NCBI GenBank assembly: GCA_963796105.1 | Contig: CAWCKJ010000004.1 | Span: 1,472,001 to 1,536,000, forward strand | Reading direction: 5' to 3' | Length of the DNA: 64,000 bases | Origin: a candidate division FCPU426 bacterium | GTDB taxonomy: Bacteria > Oederibacteriota > Muellerivitia > Muellerivitales > Muellerivitaceae | In this document: piece after piece, positions 58,451-64,000 of the stretch | Layout: each line of letters opens with the position of its first letter | How positions within the stretch are numbered: position 1 is the stretch's first letter | The notes under the pieces: generated by a model | Databases searched by the model: none | What the model was told of the DNA's origin: nothing | The model's input: the letters and a program-made list of their open reading frames with translations, nothing else | Made by a program: the position numbers and the translations under genes

Positions 58451-59749
58451 ATGGAAAAAAGCGAAGCTGTAGTTCCTCCTGCTGTTTCCTCCCTCAAGGT
58501 TCCCGGTTGGAAGAAACTAGGGGCGTTCCTCATGGTCATGGGCCCCGGCTTGATCGTGATGCAGGCCGATACGGAAGCCGGAAGCATCACCACCGCCGCC
58601 GTGGCTGGCGCCCAATACGGCTATCTCCTGGTGGGACTCCTGGTAATCCTGGCAGTTCCTCTTTACGTGGTCCAGGAAATGACTGCCCGCCTTGGTTCCA
58701 TCACGGGCAGGGGCCACGCCTTCCTGATCCGCCAAAAATACGGGATGGGATGGGCCTGGGTTTCCCTTATCATCCTTTTCGCCTGCAACGTCGCGGCCCT
58801 GGTCACGGAATTCGCGGGTATCCTGAGCGCGGCCCGTCTGGCCCATATCCCGCCTTTGGTTTCCGTCTCCCTTTCTGCCGTCTTACTAGTTTTGGTCGTG
58901 GTTTCCGGCACTTACAAAACAGCCGAATACATCGCCTTGGCTTTCTGCCTGGTGGACCTTCTCTTCATTCCCGCGGCTTTCATGGCTCATCCGGATTGGG
59001 GACAGGTCGCGAAGGTGTCTTTTTCGATTCCAACAGGCCCGATTACCCGGGATTTCGTCTTGATCGTCATTGGGTTGATCGGGGCTGTCATCATGCCCTG
59101 GATGATCTATTACCAGCAAAGCGCAGTGGTAGATAAGAAACTTAAGGGCGGGGATTTGGGCTTTGAGAGGCTGGATACCGCCATCGGCGCGGTGGTGACG
59201 GAGGCCATCATGGCCTTTATCGTGATCGCCACGGGGGCCACCCTTTACATCAACCATGTTTCCATCGATGACGCCGCGCAGGCCGCCCAGGCCCTCATCC
59301 CGCTGGCGGGGAAGTACGCGGGAGCCCTTTTCGCGGTGGGGCTTGCCAGCGCCTCGTTTCTCGGGGCTTTCGTGGTGGCGGTCTCAACCGCCTGGGCTTT
59401 CGGCGAGACTTTCGGCTGGCCTCACAGCCTTAACCACCATCTTCCCCAGGCTAAGAGGTTTTACGGGTTTTACGCGGCTGGCGTGGCCCTGGCGGCGGGT
59501 ATCGTGCTGATCCCCCAGATCCCCCTGGTCCATATCATGGTCATGGTCCAGGTTGGTAACGCCCTGCTTCTTCCCATCGTGCTGGCTTTCCTGCTTCTTT
59601 TGACCAACGACAAGAACCTTTTGGGAAACGCCGTCAACGGCTGGAAGGCCAACACTTTGGTCATCGCTACCGGCGCCATTGTGATTCTTTTGGGCCTGCT
59701 GTCCGTGGGCATGACCCTATTTCCAGGCTGGCCCTCTTACCTGAAATAA
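58451..59749 (+). CDS. NRAMP-family divalent metal transporter
   Basis: MGPGLIV, AGAQYGY, QEMTARLG and GAVIMPW motifs; ~11 TMs. Confidence 0.9.
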   Translation: MEKSEAVVPPAVSSLKVPGWKKLGAFLMVMGPGLIVMQADTEAGSITTAAVAGAQYGYLLVGLLVILAVPLYVVQEMTARLGSITGRGHAFLIRQKYGMGWAWVSLIILFACNVAALVTEFAGILSAARLAHIPPLVSVSLSAVLLVLVVVSGTYKTAEYIALAFCLVDLLFIPAAFMAHPDWGQVAKVSFSIPTGPITRDFVLIVIGLIGAVIMPWMIYYQQSAVVDKKLKGGDLGFERLDTAIGAVVTEAIMAFIVIATGATLYINHVSIDDAAQAAQALIPLAGKYAGALFAVGLASASFLGAFVVAVSTAWAFGETFGWPHSLNHHLPQAKRFYGFYAAGVALAAGIVLIPQIPLVHIMVMVQVGNALLLPIVLAFLLLLTNDKNLLGNAVNGWKANTLVIATGAIVILLGLLSVGMTLFPGWPSYLK

Positions 59750-59774
59750 GCCTTTCTTTCAAAGGCGTTAACAC

Positions 59775-59895
59775 CACACCTGTCCAAAATAATACTTAAC
59801 CACGGATGTGCCGATCATCCATAAAACCATAGGGAGACCGGTACGATACCAGCCTCCATTTCAGCTTTATGGAAGGCTGGCATGCATGGGATATA
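59775..59895 (-). repeat. Partial second copy of the 18091-18525 MITE end, containing family B copy 4 (59809-59882)
   Basis: CACACCTGTCCAAAATA..CCACGGATGTGCCGATC matches the reverse complement of 18400-18525. Confidence 0.75.
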
Positions 59896-59998
59896 AACCA
59901 TAAACATTTAAAGCCTTTTTCTTTATTTAGCTTCAAAACTCAAAATTTAACATTGGTTTTCAAGATTCCCCGCCGGCGGGGCCGCCACGGCGAGGCGG

Positions 59999-60709
59999 TT
60001 ATCCATTAAACACCCCCGATTGCCACCGGGCGAGGATCTCCCGCACCTCGGGCTCGACCCTTTCCCTCGCCTCATGGCGTTCCAGGCCCCTGGAGAAAAA
60101 CTCCTCGTAATGAGTGTGCCGGTGGCGGATATAGGCCCTGACGCCCAGTGAAATGGCCGCGGGGTCGAAAGCCTTGGCGGCGGCGCCGCGGCCCACCCGG
60201 CCGCTATATTTGCGGCAGGCGTGACGCGCGATTCCCGCCGCCTCGTTGGGGGGGCATTGGGGGAACTCCTTGAGGATGTGTTCCGCGAACTGTTGGATGT
60301 AAACCGCGTCTTCCTGGGCGCGTCTTTCAGCTTCCCGGAGCCGCCGGGCTTCCCGCGAGGCCGCGTCGGACAGGCATTCCTTTTCGGCCCGGTCGATCGC
60401 ATCCGGTTCCGCCAGGATCCCCTGGCGCTCATACCGTTTGCGGGCCGGGGCCCACCTCAACACGACCGCGTGAAGACGCGAGTATTTGGAGGCCCGGCGG
60501 GTCAGGGCCGCGTTGCCTGGCGCCAGGAATTCCAAATGGCCCATGTCCGCGCAGGAAAGGCAAAGCGCCCCCTTGGGCCCCTCCAAGCGGATGATCCGGC
60601 CGGGGAGGAGTTCTTGGCCGCATTCCCCGCATACGGTTTCTTTCCGGGTCATGAAGGTCAAAAGACGGTTTGGGTACCCGGATATGGGGGGGAATTCCGT
60701 TTCAGGCAT
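59999..60709 (-). CDS. DUF2293-domain protein with N-terminal zinc finger
   Basis: CGECG..CLSCAD, RYERQG, SGRVGR and IRHRHTHYE motifs. Confidence 0.8.
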   Translation of the reverse strand: MPETEFPPISGYPNRLLTFMTRKETVCGECGQELLPGRIIRLEGPKGALCLSCADMGHLEFLAPGNAALTRRASKYSRLHAVVLRWAPARKRYERQGILAEPDAIDRAEKECLSDAASREARRLREAERRAQEDAVYIQQFAEHILKEFPQCPPNEAAGIARHACRKYSGRVGRGAAAKAFDPAAISLGVRAYIRHRHTHYEEFFSRGLERHEARERVEPEVREILARWQSGVFNG

Positions 60710-60884
60710 GTTAAGCCGTCCTTTCTGTTCATTCCCGGCGGCGGATAAAGGCCCGCGGCCCTCAGCCAGCGGACAGCCCAGCCGCCGCCGGATATTTTAA
60801 AATCCGAACGGCAAGCCGGGCAATGGAAACTTTCCGTATAGGCGAGAAACTTTCAAGGGGGAAAATATTTTGGTAGGATGTCCC

Positions 60885-63800
60885 ATGCTTTCCGCGTCCC
60901 CCCAAATGAAATCTCCCCTCAAAACCATGCCGGTCCCGGCGGATATCCGGGTTTTGCACGGCTCGTGGATACCGTCCTCAAAAGGAGAAAGGGGATTTTT
61001 CCTGTTGTGGGGGGAAGGCGTCCGGGAACAGCCGGATCGCCGCCTTGAAATAACCGGTAAAAAAAAGAAAGACCGCAAACCCCCGCCGGCAACACCCCGG
61101 CATCCCTGCCTGGTTCCCGCCAAATATTTGAAGGCGATCTTGGACGCAACGGAGAGGGAAACAACCTTGACCCTTCCGGGACGAGATGGAATGCCCTTGC
61201 CGGGCCATCCGCTTTTGGAGGACATGGATCTTCCAGGGCGGGTGGCCCCAGGGGGCAAAAACCCCGCCCCCGCCAAGGCTCCGGCGGGCGGACGGGCGGG
61301 AGTCTTGGGCTTGGCCCTTTGGCAAGTTCGGGGGTTGGCCGTGACTTCCGGGCTTATCACCAGCCTTTTGGGCCTTCCCGACGGGGAAGAATTGAAAGAA
61401 CTTGGATTCCTGGCCGCCGATGACCTGCTTTTTTGGAGTTCAGCCGCGCGGCTGGCTTGGGAAATGGCCGCGGGGGAAAATTTTCTTCCGGCCCTAGCGG
61501 GAACGGTAGCCCAAACGGCGGGCTTTTGGAAGCCCTTGTGGGACACTGGGGAAGCCGGGGAAAAACTCAAGATCCTATCGGAGGCATTTCCGCCATCGGT
61601 TTTGGCCCCGGTCCTGGATCCCGGGACCAGGCGGTCCCCCTTGACGGGGGAGGAATTAACCAGGGATTTTATCGCCAGCGCGGTGGACCAGGAAGTCCGC
61701 CGTGCCGCCAGGGAAGTCCTCTCCCTTTCCCATCCGGCCACGCCGCAGGAAGCCTGGCTGGCGTCATTGGCCTCGGAAGACGGGGCCGTCCCCGCGGGCG
61801 CCGGGGATATGGCGGCCCTGGCGGATTCCCTCCGGGAATGGGAGGACCGTCGCCGGGCCCCCTGCAGGGATGGTTTGCGCGTGGTCCTGAGATTGTCGCC
61901 TCCGGGCCCGGTATCCCCGAAATGGTCCTTGGAGTACCTTCTACAGCCTATGGCTGATCCGAGTTTCCTGGTTCCGGCCAAGGACCTGTGGCGGGACTCA
62001 TCGGCCCGCCGGAGGCTGGCGGTTTTTTCCCCCGCCGACCCGGACGACATCCTTTTGAGCGCCCTGGGGCTGGCCGGACGCCTTTTTCCGCCCATCGACG
62101 CGGGACTCAGGAAATCGAAACCATCCGCCCAAGCCCTGGACGACCAACAGGCCTATGCCTTCCTCCAAAACGCCGCGCCCGCCTTGACGCTGGCGGGATT
62201 CAGCGTGCTCTTGCCTCCCTGGTGGAGGTCCAAGTCCGCGCCAAGGCTGGGCTTGCGGGTGAAAATGAAGCCGCGGGGCGAGGGGGCGGGCCTGGCTGAT
62301 TCGCTGGATATCGATTGGGAACTGGCCTTGGGCGACAAGACCTTGTCTGTCAGGGAATTGGAAGCCTTGGCGGACCTGAAAATTCCCCTGGTCCAAGTCC
62401 GGGGCCAATGGATTGAGGTGGACCCCGCCGCCTTGAGGGAAGCGCTGAGCCATTGGGACCGTTTCTCCGAAAAACCCAGGGACTTGGGGGAAATACTGAG
62501 GTCCATAAGGGAATCAGGCGGGCTTGAAATCGCTTCGGTGACGGGCGAGGGATGGGTCAAGGAGCTTTTCGAGGGATCGGAGGAAGGCGCTTTCAAAGTC
62601 CTTCCCCCGCCCGAGGGGCTTCAAGCCAAACTGCGGCCCTACCAGGAACGGGGTTTTTCTTGGCTTTCCTTCCTCGGCCGCCTGGGCCTGGGCGCCTGCC
62701 TGGCCGACGATATGGGCCTGGGGAAAACCCTCCAAACCCTGGCATTCCTCCTGCGCGAGAAGACGGAGGGGCGCCTGGATAAGCCCGCCCTGCTCCTGTG
62801 CCCCACTTCCGTGGCGGGCAACTGGGTCAAGGAGTCGGAACGCTTCACGCCGGGCTTGCGCGTCCACCTGCGCCACGGACTGGACCGGACTCGTTCCGCC
62901 GCGTCTTTCCAAAAAGAAACCGGGAACAGCGACCTGGTGGTCACCACCTACGGCCTGGCCCGGAGGGAAGAGGAACTTCTAGCCGGCATGGACTGGGCCG
63001 GGGTGATCCTGGACGAGGCCCAAAACATCAAGAACCCCGAGGCCCGGCAAAGCCGCGCCGCGCGGTCCCTCAAGGGGCGGTTCCGCCTGGCATTGACCGG
63101 CACCCCGGTGGAGAACCGCCTTTCCGAGCTTTGGTCCATCTTCGAGTTCCTGAATCCGGGCTTCCTGGGTTCCTATAACGACTTTTCCCGGCGCTTCGCC
63201 GCGCCGGTGGAGCGGTACCAGGACGGCCGCGCCGCCTCGCGCCTCAAGCGGCTGACCCAGCCCTTCCTCCTGAGGCGCCTCAAGACGGACCGCCGGATCA
63301 TTTCCGACCTGCCTGAAAAGCTGGAAATGAAGGTCTATTGCGGCCTCACCCGGGAACAGGCCACGCTTTACCAGGCGGTGGTGAAGGAGATGACCGCCAA
63401 GATCGAGGATTCGGAAGGCATCACCCGGCGGGGCCTGGTCCTGGCCACCCTCACCAAGCTCAAGCAGGTCCTCAACCACCCCGCCCATTTCCTGGGGGAC
63501 GGAAGCCCCCTGCCGGGCCGGTCAGGAAAGCTTACCCGCCTCACCGAGATGCTGGAGGAGGCCCTTTCGGCGGGCGATTCCGCGCTGGTTTTCACCCAGT
63601 ACACCCAGATGGGGGAGATGCTCAACCGGCATTTACGGCAATCCCTCCTGGAGCCGGTGCTGTTCTTCCACGGGGGCCTGGCCAAGGCCGCGAGGGACCG
63701 CATGGTGGAGGACCTCCAGGCCGGCAAGTCCCGGATCATGGTCCTCTCGCTCAAGGCCGGGGGCACGGGTTTGAACCTGACCAAGGCGAACCACGTGTTC

Positions 63801-64000
63801 CACTATGACCGCTGGTGGAACCCGGCGGTGGAGAACCAGGCCACGGACCGGGCTTTCCGCATCGGCCAAACCAAGAAGGTGCAGGTGCGTAAGTTCCTGT
63901 GCGCCGGCACCCTGGAGGAGAAGATCGACCAGCTCATCGAGTCCAAAAAGGCCCTGGCGGGGCAGGTGCTGGGAGCGGGCGAGAATTGGCTGACGGAGCT
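60885..64000 (+). CDS. SWI2/SNF2-family helicase (runs off the window; missing from ORF track)
   Basis: Same frame gives VLHGSW, LRPYQ, LADDMGLGKT, LDEAQNIKN, LTGTPVEN, SLKAGGTGLNL and QATDRAFRIGQ. Start could be 60885, 60906 or 60927. Confidence 0.92.
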   Translation, partial: MLSASPQMKSPLKTMPVPADIRVLHGSWIPSSKGERGFFLLWGEGVREQPDRRLEITGKKKKDRKPPPATPRHPCLVPAKYLKAILDATERETTLTLPGRDGMPLPGHPLLEDMDLPGRVAPGGKNPAPAKAPAGGRAGVLGLALWQVRGLAVTSGLITSLLGLPDGEELKELGFLAADDLLFWSSAARLAWEMAAGENFLPALAGTVAQTAGFWKPLWDTGEAGEKLKILSEAFPPSVLAPVLDPGTRRSPLTGEELTRDFIASAVDQEVRRAAREVLSLSHPATPQEAWLASLASEDGAVPAGAGDMAALADSLREWEDRRRAPCRDGLRVVLRLSPPGPVSPKWSLEYLLQPMADPSFLVPAKDLWRDSSARRRLAVFSPADPDDILLSALGLAGRLFPPIDAGLRKSKPSAQALDDQQAYAFLQNAAPALTLAGFSVLLPPWWRSKSAPRLGLRVKMKPRGEGAGLADSLDIDWELALGDKTLSVRELEALADLKIPLVQVRGQWIEVDPAALREALSHWDRFSEKPRDLGEILRSIRESGGLEIASVTGEGWVKELFEGSEEGAFKVLPPPEGLQAKLRPYQERGFSWLSFLGRLGLGACLADDMGLGKTLQTLAFLLREKTEGRLDKPALLLCPTSVAGNWVKESERFTPGLRVHLRHGLDRTRSAASFQKETGNSDLVVTTYGLARREEELLAGMDWAGVILDEAQNIKNPEARQSRAARSLKGRFRLALTGTPVENRLSELWSIFEFLNPGFLGSYNDFSRRFAAPVERYQDGRAASRLKRLTQPFLLRRLKTDRRIISDLPEKLEMKVYCGLTREQATLYQAVVKEMTAKIEDSEGITRRGLVLATLTKLKQVLNHPAHFLGDGSPLPGRSGKLTRLTEMLEEALSAGDSALVFTQYTQMGEMLNRHLRQSLLEPVLFFHGGLAKAARDRMVEDLQAGKSRIMVLSLKAGGTGLNLTKANHVFHYDRWWNPAVENQATDRAFRIGQTKKVQVRKFLCAGTLEEKIDQLIESKKALAGQVLGAGENWLTE

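Noticed and set aside
60797..62095. 432-aa minus-strand ORF and neighbouring short ORFs
   Set aside because: Antisense shadows of the GC-rich SNF2 gene.
1..64000. tRNA, rRNA, tmRNA, RNase P or SRP genes
   Set aside because: No diagnostic motifs noticed by eye; a covariance-model scan would be needed to exclude them.

Overview
Chromosomal window of a diderm (Gram-negative-type) bacterium. From 1 to 6 kb it carries the 3' part of a frameshifted RHS/YD toxin with a lysozyme-like C-terminal domain, followed by a lipoprotein immunity candidate disrupted by an IS1380 element. There are four complete insertion sequences whose inverted repeats and target duplications can be read directly (IS1380, IS4, two IS1595), and a reverse-order RelE/Phd toxin-antitoxin pair. 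Housekeeping blocks include htpX, a tandem amtB-glnK-amtB-glnK behind a sigma54 promoter, dsbD, mrp, a mannose-1-P guanylyltransferase and a phosphomutase, an adenylate cyclase/AAA/cutA/two-component cluster, mfd, pilB, three SurA/parvulin genes, a Fur-boxed NRAMP and a partial SNF2 helicase. The most unusual signal is non-coding: nested families of short structured repeats concentrated at 16.2-19.9 kb around a GxxExxY nuclease-like gene. Family A repeats occur in facing pairs. Each carries a hairpin whose stem sequence varies while a cGNAg triloop is kept. One pair brackets the GxxExxY gene and three bracket non-coding spacers. Other small elements are inserted inside them: a ~74-bp double hairpin with CA duplications, an ACCGCA-loop hairpin, and an IS4-like MITE with a 9-bp duplication. 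Also notable are a SurA/parvulin fused to a probable outer-membrane beta-barrel and a candidate ~200-nt rod-shaped ncRNA. All calls come from reading motifs by eye; no database searches were run.
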